Under the pieces are notes generated by a model, which was not told where the DNA came from, did not search any database, and saw only the letters and a program-made list of their open reading frames with translations. From a virus, in the IMG/VR virus record IMGVR_UViG_3300030117_004272, positions 1 through 64,000 of that record: 64,000 nucleotides of DNA. The stretch is one strand, 5' to 3'. A program made the translations under genes and the position numbers. Positions 56,701 through 64,000 of the stretch are shown here, piece after piece (the stretch's first letter is position 1; each line of letters starts with the position of its first letter).

Positions 56701-59700
56701 TCATCAACTATTACGTGTTGCATGCTACGCTGATCTACACTCAAAGCGTCAGGGCCAAGTTGACTACGAGCCGCTTGTCTTTTCTCATCTGTCTTATAGT
56801 ATGTGTCTATAATCTCGTTTACTTGAGTATCAGATAATACAGAAAATATAATGTCTATCTCAGCTTTACTTAAATTTCTCCACGCTGCGTGGTGTATAAC
56901 CTCATGAGATGCTTCGAATCGAGCGACGTGTTGTGCATTAGCTTTATTTAACCCCATCGTAAGTCTAGCAAGACCCCAAGGGTTTATAACAAGACGCATT
57001 CCTTCTTCAGTCTGCTCTGCTCTGTATGCTCCTAATCCTTTATTCTTTTCATTATAATCTACACGAGACTCCATACCCCAGAAATCGGCAACTTGTTGTG
57101 CGTCAGTTCTTGCGTCTAGATATCTTTGATAATGCTCATCGGCACTAAGCCCTTCCCCTAACTCAATGGATTTTTCTTTTGTCCCCCACACAGTGTCGAA
57201 AGTTTTTACAAGCTGCTCCTCTTGCTCTATTGCCCTCTGCCTTCCTTCTTCTAATTGTCTTTCGAGATCCTCATCTAAAACACCTTCTTGCGTTTCCCGC
57301 ACTTCTTCAGCTTTACTTTCTTTTAAAATAACATCTGCCTCTCCTTGAGTTATTAATTGTTTTTCTAATTTACTACGTACCTGTTCTTCTAGTTTTTGTA
57401 TATCGATGTTACTTTCTTGCCTATCTGATTTAATGACTTCTGATATCGCTTTTTTCTGAGCGGCTTCTGTCACCTCTTGTGGAGTAGGTATTACAATAGG
57501 CTCTCTTGATCTAGCAGCAGTACTTAACTGCCTTGATAACTGTTCTTTGTTTTCTTCGAAAAACGCTTGTGTTAAAGGAGAGCCTGTTTCTCCTAAGTTT
57601 TTTATAATGTTATCTATTGTTTCTTGTTGAAACCTTTCGTAACGGGCTCCTGTGCCTTTATCAAACATATTCTGAACACCTACAACACCCCCACCCATAG
57701 CACCCCCTAAAGAGGCAGCATGTAGTCCAACCATCATCCGATCTATCATTGGCGTGTTTTCATTAAGGGCAGCATCCGTAATGAATGTTTGTATAAATTC
57801 ATCAAGACCTTCTTCAGCAGCTTCACTAGCTGCAGGAATACCGAACTGCCTCAAAAAAGCAGAGTTTTTAGTAGCCGTCTTCATTTGTTTTTCAATAGTA
57901 CTACCTATTACTTCCCTTACTTTAGATGACCCATAACCTCTTATGTCTAAGTTTAGTATCTTTGACATCCCCGATGTCATACCTTTGTAAGTCATGCCTC
58001 TAAGAAATGCTTGTTCAAAACCTCCTAAACCTATACCCATAAACGCAGTCGTAAGTAGTCCTGTCACAGTACCCCCCATCATCGCATAACCCAAAGCAGC
58101 GTCGTGCTTTTCTTCGTGTGTTAAGGAGTCTGGTTGTGCTGCATATATAGTAGCGTAAGTATTACCCGCACTTCTATTTGCAGCCGTTAAAAATAAAGGC
58201 GGGAATGGTGCTGCTTTACGGAAAGTTTTATTAGCTATCGCTTTGTTATAAGCCTTGATTGCTTCTTGTACTCCTTCACTAACTACTTTATCGCCCGAAT
58301 CCTTTCCCTTCTTTCTAGCTGCAGCCTTCAATGCAATATCTTTTGCTGTATCACCGAACTGTCTACCCGTAGCAGCCTTAGTTAAATTTTTAACAAGTGC
58401 TTTAGCTGTTTGTTTAGCTCCAGCTTTAGCTCCAGCATATAAAACACCACCAGTACCTAAAGTTGTTGCAGACAACAAAGCTGTTGCAGAGACATCCACA
58501 ACCATTGGTGCAACCACGTTTGAGAGATCCATACCCCAACCAAACTCGTCACCAAAAATTGCAGCGACTTCTCGTCTACGTTGTCTATCCATTTGGTTAT
58601 CGACCAAATACTTTGTAGCCCCTTCGCTTTTAAAAATTACAGCACCTAACGAAGCAAATAATCCTATTACCGCATCAGGCACAGTTGCTGCTATATCTCC
58701 TAATCTGTTTTTTATAGAACTGTAATTACGCTTATCAGCTAAGAAAGTATCCAATATGTCTACATCGGGAGTTCCGCTAGCCCTTCCCGCTTGTTTTGCA
58801 GCCATCCAATTATCACTTGTCGCTGCTGTATCGGCCAGAAACTTATCGTACTGCTCATAAGTTAACTGCCTGTACAATTTACGCTGATTTCTGAGCGATG
58901 TAATTTGATCCTCTGACAATCTATCATCGTTCTTGATCGCCTTCTCGAACCTCTCTCTTTGTTGCATAAGGTTCGGGTGTGCCAGCACATGGCCACTCCC
59001 TAATATGCGGATGTTCTTAGAATCATCTTCGTCGTAGAATTTAAATTCTCCTTTTTCATTTACCTCGTTCGCTGCCAATAGTTCAACAGCATCTCTGATC
59101 TCTTTATCAGAGTATCTTTCAAGAGCAGCTCCTTCACCAAATCCATTCTTACGTGCATACTCTGACGACAATCCTTTACGGAAATCTGCAACAACATCTA
59201 AAATATCTTGCTCCTGATCTAAATCAGAATCCTCATCCTTCGCTTTGATAAGCTCACGCATCGTATCGAGTGCGTCCTGTGGTATGCTATCAACTTCATC
59301 TTCTGATCCTAAGATTGCATTAAGTTCAGTTAAGAGCTGCGCTTGCCTTATGTTTTCAAATACACTAGCATCGGACACTCCCTTTTTTAAACCAGACATA
59401 ACACGATATGCATCTGAATAGTTCAATGCTCCTAGTCGAACTGCATCGTCCAATGACTTACCTCTATCAGTTATGTCAGCACCACCAATAATTTTATCTA
59501 TACCTTTAGCGTCTTTTACTCTAGCAAAAGGCAGAATCCCTGAATCAACTAGTAGCATTTTTGCACTGTTAAGTTGCTTATCAAGCTCCTCTTGATTCCC
59601 GCTTTCACTTTGTATGTTACTAAGATAAGTAGACCCTGCTTGCTCACCATATGCCATACGTATTAAGTTAGCTTGAGTCTGTGCATCAGCTTGAGGTTTG

Positions 59701-60008
59701 AGCGTATCTAAAAAATCCTCTGATTCAACTTGTTCGGGGGTTACTAATTGATTGTTAAGTAAACTGCCTACTAACCCTTGTGTGATTGATGATTCTACTT
59801 CGTCATCAAGCTCACCTGTACGGAAGAAATGTCCTCTTTGATAATCAGCATAGCCTTGAGCACTGAGCAATGGATCATTGATATTTGACCCTGAAGAGGC
59901 TGACCACTGACTGAATGATTGTAGTGGTGCGACGTTGAAGTTTAAGTCAAGGTCATTAGGCACGGGGGTTTTCTCCCCCAACGATAATGTTGGATATAGG
60001 TCTGACAC
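50709..60008 (-). CDS. Giant polyvalent internal virion protein (copy B): zincin + ART-like + ArcS/DUF5591-like + unknown modules
   Basis: 3099 aa. Hydrophobic Gly/Ala-rich segments in the N-terminal third; HEVIHH; VYRGVP...WVSTD...EFGY; PCAATKPW...SEPLGVVP; five VRxTQxG separators. Confidence 0.8.
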   Translation of the reverse strand: MSDLYPTLSLGEKTPVPNDLDLNFNVAPLQSFSQWSASSGSNINDPLLSAQGYADYQRGHFFRTGELDDEVESSITQGLVGSLLNNQLVTPEQVESEDFLDTLKPQADAQTQANLIRMAYGEQAGSTYLSNIQSESGNQEELDKQLNSAKMLLVDSGILPFARVKDAKGIDKIIGGADITDRGKSLDDAVRLGALNYSDAYRVMSGLKKGVSDASVFENIRQAQLLTELNAILGSEDEVDSIPQDALDTMRELIKAKDEDSDLDQEQDILDVVADFRKGLSSEYARKNGFGEGAALERYSDKEIRDAVELLAANEVNEKGEFKFYDEDDSKNIRILGSGHVLAHPNLMQQRERFEKAIKNDDRLSEDQITSLRNQRKLYRQLTYEQYDKFLADTAATSDNWMAAKQAGRASGTPDVDILDTFLADKRNYSSIKNRLGDIAATVPDAVIGLFASLGAVIFKSEGATKYLVDNQMDRQRRREVAAIFGDEFGWGMDLSNVVAPMVVDVSATALLSATTLGTGGVLYAGAKAGAKQTAKALVKNLTKAATGRQFGDTAKDIALKAAARKKGKDSGDKVVSEGVQEAIKAYNKAIANKTFRKAAPFPPLFLTAANRSAGNTYATIYAAQPDSLTHEEKHDAALGYAMMGGTVTGLLTTAFMGIGLGGFEQAFLRGMTYKGMTSGMSKILNLDIRGYGSSKVREVIGSTIEKQMKTATKNSAFLRQFGIPAASEAAEEGLDEFIQTFITDAALNENTPMIDRMMVGLHAASLGGAMGGGVVGVQNMFDKGTGARYERFQQETIDNIIKNLGETGSPLTQAFFEENKEQLSRQLSTAARSREPIVIPTPQEVTEAAQKKAISEVIKSDRQESNIDIQKLEEQVRSKLEKQLITQGEADVILKESKAEEVRETQEGVLDEDLERQLEEGRQRAIEQEEQLVKTFDTVWGTKEKSIELGEGLSADEHYQRYLDARTDAQQVADFWGMESRVDYNEKNKGLGAYRAEQTEEGMRLVINPWGLARLTMGLNKANAQHVARFEASHEVIHHAAWRNLSKAEIDIIFSVLSDTQVNEIIDTYYKTDEKRQAARSQLGPDALSVDQRSMQHVIVDEYLRMKAQRILKGYTTEEEIEFYKTNPSFVRVLLRYLRSYINRFNAIRELDADNPVISAAMHRLTGEMTRLKGGFEVSTAIKFDIDDPENSINKVITYLDDKPFVDRDPNRKIDMGVRQTQEGELDYRGSHRAPDRGYGSPMSAMDESIYPSDFYSSDGLRIYGTGGSYDTTNDQKVYDQIVSVRGNPDAKVTVYRGVPSNVKGGINAGDWVSTDRDYAEMHGARMFGDKGYKVLTKEVKAGELITEGNSIYEFGYSPPTGVRETQAGAFDIDKAVDNLDLDDAAQVESFIKDTLKINDAEFEQLGKPFKSLKTGKPSNKLVLPPVQLIRFIRYFFNKRKGIYNSTREAVRKSQGVQLPELTFDMFAPTPAMTAALIKNEKVSNWHSDMSNFEIPDGYDTIAFVPCAATKPWCDIQSPTMRGNVTYKSYNKMRKVTDDGGVSKKYGRVYYVTISEPLGVVPQDFWHDFPPYDNTGLFSVNPVDQIGRMERKVAVKLPVEDGGIGQTFALPFDVAAYKESINALGNVIASFVETNKKQNPDLNFVSFVSDLGRDKGSHEIMLDKASEIRGESVVSPNENFKKRRNSKEAPAEIMEEKLGPFKYDADLKVDRQKKMEQVSAAAGRIQPVRETQAGSLEGVYDNIEDVPPITSQVNERQVASLVKVKTASDLDDPAEQEIFEKAAFHKNKDRSGILAVAANRLFSKDKSKKINQATYNEIRNRVFPYKNTEVPKTPTVSNILKFISADKKTKDGSSTHGTVPYSQAYKLIGSEPVSIRLDIPTFNESIKKGSPIYAVSIAGPKMKGPKAYTNYARIKLKEITRYEKSAARIAVGRNKGLMASTEGELMEFTPAQLNTFRKNWASGKVGPKQTGDNRWVEVAINPLRSSEFVDITNPLDPVPVVGGSEAIHIGNRVYIQKPVWGSRPDYGREGDVRFTQEGGLESGTFDTAEGGLGYGGYAPLFDLPFFETGKYRKKKDGLFGSLVNKFRGDLDPRIRRLVEQRRQIQDAVEADVVNFKNQLDKIIKEDFDGKAPVALIQALVGSRENISPETEQAYLDLIKGVKSESKIAEIRAKYVQGRRKEFRDRKKKAISELAKIQKVPEKDSNKTRLVRHLLGGEIDGKKALGLRALTDELSTVIRGIVGEDSEMGIAIDDNLQLYLHREYKLFSDKEYRDNIRTDSRYDTVRKNAGDFLYKQYKTFNKDWRNEVKNFPTVAEFKAKLVNDYLDLHIKSDRSASNLFNNLKDHAKSIVSLNIGALKRRKNPPQELRELLGQVDDETGYNELLQTFSHLGLIASQINFISNLKKFGMDTKKTGGQPFIIEAELDEVQIEGEAATYKPAPEGYSILKVAAGADTSIINTAPFADGKTYYVLTEMEQAVSAILDPKAKVTQTEADKANQFVTEVGAKLTGLSLGAKTLGSIGFYVRNIASNIVFFGPSQGFWRFGKMGKSLEKEFVRKKYLSMAPEEVSAFHRTMIGLGVIGNEIEARLLQDFLTNPRSEAQLQKELLDNLAGLESETSGDKKALDISVISEKVGKTRAGRFARRLRELSQTVDSFYKIAYFMNELEVLQQARSKHVASTAENQINYGDLSDEELMQMAADKVKKTAQSYDQAPPFVQKLQGTWFGVMFAPFIRFKLEVPRIMLNTVLLARKEMADTNPVIRKRGKNRMIGFTTVLVGFSAISQVVVNALTGIGDEEEEALRDSMPEYLRSNSFFYYTKGGQLKSLDLTYLNPYAMMVDPFLRSFDELMRGSPAEAGAAFFKAMVADQYLDQQILAGAVTSALNNRDPENGRPITEVNDTAWEAFSKKFQFIFSEAYAPRTLEKVYKDGFVKLMEGDPDVSDFIMTPLGALAKEFLPLRPYDIVPEQQLDRFLSERAGEYRRAAALKNRMYTDDSISEDAVRGMADTEIERRRRINEHLIRAFRGFKKLGLTDEQIYSQAIERGYGKRRVALLLNGLMERPALQTPFIRNMAVKGDTHIERLRTFNNQLETYGRYIPVE

Positions 60009-60046
60009 AGCAGAATTTGGGTTTGTATAGTTATTATATAATTAAA

Positions 60047-61156
60047 TTATTCGCTCCAATTCGAAGCTGCAGTTTCTGCAGCAGGGTTAGGAGCTTCTAA
60101 TTCTTGTCCAAGTCTCATGGAAAGCATTCTCTTTTGCCTTGCTAGAATTCCAAAGGCTTCGTTGAAAAGAGTTGTTGCGTCTTTTGCATCCAACGCTTCT
60201 CGTTCTTCTTCCGATAACGCTCCTTTCAACAACTCAATTAAATTAATTATAATTTCTTTATCTGTTTTCCCATCCAGTCCTATACCTTTATTAGCAAGAA
60301 GCTCTCTAACTAATGGGTCTGATGACCCATCTCCTTCTAATCTAAATAACATACCCTCAATATCTTCGAGTTCTTTTAACTGCTCTGTTCTTGTAATTTT
60401 ATTTTGCTCTAGTTTTTGTATAGATTTAGTAATATCTCTATATACAGGATTTAACATTCCTTGGAAAGGAGTAGTGTCTCCTCCTGATTTCGCTAAATCC
60501 ATTACCTGACTCCGAAGTTTATCTTGATCCGCTTTACTTGTTTTTAAAGAATCTCCTGCTCTTGTAAATAATGTGCTTATGCCAGTATCACTCATTACTG
60601 AAGAAACTGTAGGAGTCATCATTGTTGATACTAACGCTTTTTGTTTTTGTGAGTCTGTTGCTTTTGAGTCTAAAATCTGTTGGATTCTAGAAGCTACTTG
60701 TGGCCGTATCTGAGCTTTCAGTTGCTCATCCCTATTCTTTCTCTGAGCCATTTGTAAATCAACAAATGCCTTTCTGTCTTTAGAAATACCTCCTAATTGA
60801 GTCTCAAACTGTTTAGCGAACATGGCCTGTTCTGAAGCAGGTAACTTAGACGCTGCTATGTCAGAGAAATAAGCACCACGCAAGTCAGCCATATCTGCTG
60901 TTGGGTTGAATGATGGCCCTGCCTGACTCACCGAAGCAATACGCTGTTGTGCCTTTCTTTGTAATGCCCTACTATCAGGAGTCATTATAGTTGGCTCATT
61001 AAGACGTACCTTCTCCCCTTCCAAAGCCATTTGTTGCGCTGCTGCTGCGTAGCCTTTTCTACGTAGTCTACGTGCAGCTCTTTTATACTTAGAAGATGGG
61101 CGGTCTAAAGAATATCTTTGACCCAACTCATAGGATGGCATTGTAGTAAACTGCAT
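60047..61156 (-). CDS. Putative internal virion protein (copy B)
   Basis: Homolog of 929..2086. Confidence 0.6.
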   Translation of the reverse strand: MQFTTMPSYELGQRYSLDRPSSKYKRAARRLRRKGYAAAAQQMALEGEKVRLNEPTIMTPDSRALQRKAQQRIASVSQAGPSFNPTADMADLRGAYFSDIAASKLPASEQAMFAKQFETQLGGISKDRKAFVDLQMAQRKNRDEQLKAQIRPQVASRIQQILDSKATDSQKQKALVSTMMTPTVSSVMSDTGISTLFTRAGDSLKTSKADQDKLRSQVMDLAKSGGDTTPFQGMLNPVYRDITKSIQKLEQNKITRTEQLKELEDIEGMLFRLEGDGSSDPLVRELLANKGIGLDGKTDKEIIINLIELLKGALSEEEREALDAKDATTLFNEAFGILARQKRMLSMRLGQELEAPNPAAETAASNWSE

Positions 61157-61165
61157 ATGTGTAAA

Positions 61166-61684
61166 TTATTTATTTCTTCTTCGTTCTCTTTCTAACTTCT
61201 TTTGCTGCCTTTTAAGTGCGTTCTGAAGCATATTTTTTCTAGAAGCCTCACTTGCAGGTCTCGCTCTCATATCTCCAATAGCCCTATCTGCTGCTGCAGA
61301 TGTTATGTCTTTACCAACAGGGCGGCCAAACTCAGTTTTAGCTCTGTTAAAAAACTCTGCTTTTTCTGCGTCAGATTTTACAGCTTGAGCTGATATTGGG
61401 ATTGAAGATTCATAACCGCCCATTGACCTACTCGCTGCTGCAGATGTTATGTCTTTACCAACAGGACGGCCAAAGTCAGTCTTTGCTCTATTAAAAAACT
61501 CTGCTTTTTCTGCATCAGATTTCACAGCTTGAGCAGACACAGGAGTTGATGAACGGAACTCGATGTCATCATCCATAAAAGGGTTTTTAGGTTCTGAAAG
61601 AACACCGAACTTCTTCTTTATAGAACCCCCTCCAAAGAGTTTATTCTGGTTGTCTCGCCTAAAATAACTGTTTCTCTCTGACAT
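61166..61684 (-). CDS. Hypothetical protein with an internal 35-aa duplication
   Basis: SAQAVKSDAEKAEFFNRAKT[D/E]FGRPVGKDITSAAA occurs twice. Confidence 0.65.
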   Translation of the reverse strand: MSERNSYFRRDNQNKLFGGGSIKKKFGVLSEPKNPFMDDDIEFRSSTPVSAQAVKSDAEKAEFFNRAKTDFGRPVGKDITSAAASRSMGGYESSIPISAQAVKSDAEKAEFFNRAKTEFGRPVGKDITSAAADRAIGDMRARPASEASRKNMLQNALKRQQKKLERERRRNK

Positions 61685-61689
61685 AGTTA

Positions 61690-62811
61690 TTAATATTTGC
61701 CAAACGCTTTCTCTTCTTTTTCTTTTACCATTCTTAAAACTTCCGCTCTTTCCGTAGGAGATAAGTCTTTTAAGAATGGCGACTCACCAAAATCAGGTTC
61801 TTGAACTTTAAACTGCTTGTCCAGCATTTCTCTCTTCTGTCCTTCACGCTGTGCAGCCATTTGCTGTTGTCCTGCAGTTGTCCTTTTTTCTACCTCTAAA
61901 GGATCTTCTCCTGTATCTTCCATGAACTGCTTTCGTTCTTGTTGAAATCCACCAAACCTGTCTCTAAATCTTCGTAATGCTTCTCTTTTAGGTTCTTGTA
62001 TGTTAAACTGCCCTTGGCGAATTCGTGCTTGCACTTCACTAGGAGTACGTAAACGGAAGCTACCATCCTTCTCTGTCTTCCCTAAAGCTGTCGGAGCAAG
62101 TATCTGCTGGTCTTTAAGAAACTGTTCGTACCCTCCTCTGTACCCATATGGGCCGTCGGTTCCTGCAAGAGCTGCTTGTTTATCTCTTTCTTTTTTTAGA
62201 AGATCTGCTTTACCCGTAGGCGGTTTATCTTGTCTTTTGTCTGAGTCTGTCCCATCTCCTTTAGACTCCCCAAAACCCATTTCTTCATTCCCCCAATCGG
62301 TTACTTCAGGCAACTCTTCTTCTTTAACTTTTTCTCCTTGAGGATCAAACCCTTGGAAATAAGGGGCGTTAATATCGAGCTCTTGTGCTTTCAACTTACT
62401 TTCCTCGTCCGTGTCTCCTAAAATTGCATCCGTCGCAAAACCAAATTTTTTAAGGTATGAGGCTTCAAATTTAGGGTCTAAGTGCCTCCCAATGTTTTTA
62501 ATGAGAGTTTCTCTAAGCCCTATGTTTGGGTTCCCTCCAAGAGGCGTATACTTACGGTCAACGTCCGATACAAATAAATTTTTAACTTGTGGGTCTGTAG
62601 ATAATTTTTTTACAAAAGCAGCGAAGTCATCTACTAAATCTAAATTAGGGTCGTAGATGTTCATAAAGTTAAAAGCCCCTAAAAAACCTGTTTCAGGTTT
62701 ATCGAGAGCTCTATCCATTAACTCTGCATAGTAAGATGTGAGTTGCTCCCATCTTTCCCTACTCATTCCTATTGAATCTAACTGCTCGTCTGATATATCA
62801 CTTTTCGCCAT
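61690..62811 (-). CDS. Hypothetical protein, probable internal virion protein
   Basis: Positional equivalent of 2086..3063. Confidence 0.55.
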   Translation of the reverse strand: MAKSDISDEQLDSIGMSRERWEQLTSYYAELMDRALDKPETGFLGAFNFMNIYDPNLDLVDDFAAFVKKLSTDPQVKNLFVSDVDRKYTPLGGNPNIGLRETLIKNIGRHLDPKFEASYLKKFGFATDAILGDTDEESKLKAQELDINAPYFQGFDPQGEKVKEEELPEVTDWGNEEMGFGESKGDGTDSDKRQDKPPTGKADLLKKERDKQAALAGTDGPYGYRGGYEQFLKDQQILAPTALGKTEKDGSFRLRTPSEVQARIRQGQFNIQEPKREALRRFRDRFGGFQQERKQFMEDTGEDPLEVEKRTTAGQQQMAAQREGQKREMLDKQFKVQEPDFGESPFLKDLSPTERAEVLRMVKEKEEKAFGKY

Positions 62812-62871
62812 GCTTATTTGTAGTATGTATTACCTATAAATTTAGTTTTTTTATATGAAAAGTCAACAAGC

Positions 62872-64000
62872 CTATGTTCCTTGTAAAGTTTGTGAAGAAA
62901 GCATATTAGATAAACCTTTAATAGATCTTCTTTGATAAGGTCTACTGCTTGTTTTCCCTGTTTCTAAAGGCTCAACTGCAACTAATCCGTGTCGCTGTCG
63001 AGCTAAATCTAAGCAGAGAAAGGCAGCATCAGCCAAGTCAGGGGACTTTCCAAGCCTTGATTTGTACTCAACCTTACTTTCTATCTTCATTCGGAGAGTT
63101 GCTCCTTTGATCATATCGTAGTTTCTACCCGTTATTTCCTGTGCCAAATCCCCATTTACCCCAAATATTTGCTTAGTCCTACAAAGTTCTTTGCCAACAA
63201 ACCACAGTTCTGTTACTCTATTAACATATAATTCACTACCGATTAATTTAGAACTAGCAGATACTTTACGATCAGATGCCTTCCCACCAAAAGAAACCCG
63301 CAAAATCTCGTCGCTCCATTCTCCAGCTAATACGTCACAAAATGGAGCACCTGCCCCCGTTGCGTCTACTGCAATATCCATCGGTTTTATCTTTCTTTTT
63401 TGACACTCCTGCTTCACCTGACGAACAATCTGGTAAGTCCTTGGAACCGCTTTGTTGGTGGCATCGTCATTCAAATGGATCGCTTCGCCCAACTCGCAAA
63501 CGTACTGGCCATTCGTGTCGTACCCAACGAGGCCCGTGTACAGGATGCATCGGTCGCCCCCGTTGGTAAATGCAGGGTCTAATCCTGCGATAGGTATAGG
63601 TTTACCTTTCCACTGCACTTTGTTCATAGCTCCACTGCGGGATAGTTCAGCTTCGTTGTATATGGTATCTTCTTCATCCCCATCGAAAAATACAGCACGG
63701 CACATCCTGTAGTAACCTCGTGACTCCTGCCCCAATAGTGCTTTATCTTCATTTAGTTTCTCAGTCGTTGGTAGCCAAGGGTATATGACTTCATCGGCTA
63801 TTACGTTAGGACTGCGTTCAGCATCAAACCTTATATACTCACCGCCCCATTTAGTCCTCCATTGGTAGTCCGTATTTGTATCAACACTATCCCACCCATG
63901 TTGTGGCGTAGCCCAAACACCGAAAGCATCAAATCTAGAGTTAGGGTTACTTAGTCCTACTAACTCAAAGCGTTCGTTCTTCGATAAGTTACTTAGTCCA
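62872..64000 (-). CDS. terL: Terminase large subunit (copy B), 5' end beyond the right edge
   Basis: The frame stays open to the edge (SNLSKN...LSNP.SRFDAFGV...PWLPTTEKLNEDKALL); GLDPAF and SPDLADAAFL; closely homologous but not identical to 3203..4969. Confidence 0.92.
   Translation of the reverse strand, partial: GLSNLSKNERFELVGLSNPNSRFDAFGVWATPQHGWDSVDTNTDYQWRTKWGGEYIRFDAERSPNVIADEVIYPWLPTTEKLNEDKALLGQESRGYYRMCRAVFFDGDEEDTIYNEAELSRSGAMNKVQWKGKPIPIAGLDPAFTNGGDRCILYTGLVGYDTNGQYVCELGEAIHLNDDATNKAVPRTYQIVRQVKQECQKRKIKPMDIAVDATGAGAPFCDVLAGEWSDEILRVSFGGKASDRKVSASSKLIGSELYVNRVTELWFVGKELCRTKQIFGVNGDLAQEITGRNYDMIKGATLRMKIESKVEYKSRLGKSPDLADAAFLCLDLARQRHGLVAVEPLETGKTSSRPYQRRSIKGLSNMLSSQTLQGT

Noticed and set aside
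50709-60008. Virion RNA polymerase (N4- or crAss-like) with hairpin promoters
   Set aside because: The size fits, but I found no DxDGD/DFDID motif or T7-type polymerase motifs. Sigma70-like promoters suggest host RNA polymerase is used.
39-63712. Many short ORF-track entries antisense or out of frame to long genes (e.g. 473..703, 10398..10820, 31489..31869, 53107..53655, 58255..58725)
   Set aside because: Shadow ORFs of well-supported genes, with no motifs or translation signals.

Overview
The window is entirely tailed-phage (Caudoviricetes) DNA, apparently podovirus-like with a diderm host. I recognise no integrase or RNA polymerase gene. Layout: internal-virion genes and terminase (1-5.6 kb); replication (RuvC-like resolvase, SF2 helicase, Cas4-like exonuclease, SSB, PolA, primase-helicase; 6-14.3 kb); lysis (amidase, spanin-like, holins; 15.1-16.4 kb); tail/fibre, capsid, scaffold and portal on the minus strand (16.4-36.8 kb); a mostly non-coding strand-switch region (37.3-39.2 kb); a plus-strand early/accessory region (39.2-50.5 kb); then a second, homologous but NOT identical set of giant virion protein, internal proteins and terminase (50.7-64 kb). 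The window may therefore join two related genomes. Three signals stand out. (1) The 3099-aa virion protein is cut into modules by five copies of a protein-level motif, VR[E/Q/F]TQ[E/A]G. The motifs bracket a HExxH zincin, an ART-like domain, an ArcS/DUF5591-like domain and an unknown domain. This is a candidate self-processing injected polyprotein. (2) Sixteen perfect and four degenerate copies of a 19-bp palindrome, TTAACAACTnAGTTGTTAA, punctuate the early genes and often supply their stop codons, giving a cassette-like array. (3) A ~600-nt non-coding, apparently highly base-paired segment at the start of the early region is a candidate large ncRNA. All family calls come from motif recognition by eye; no searches were run.
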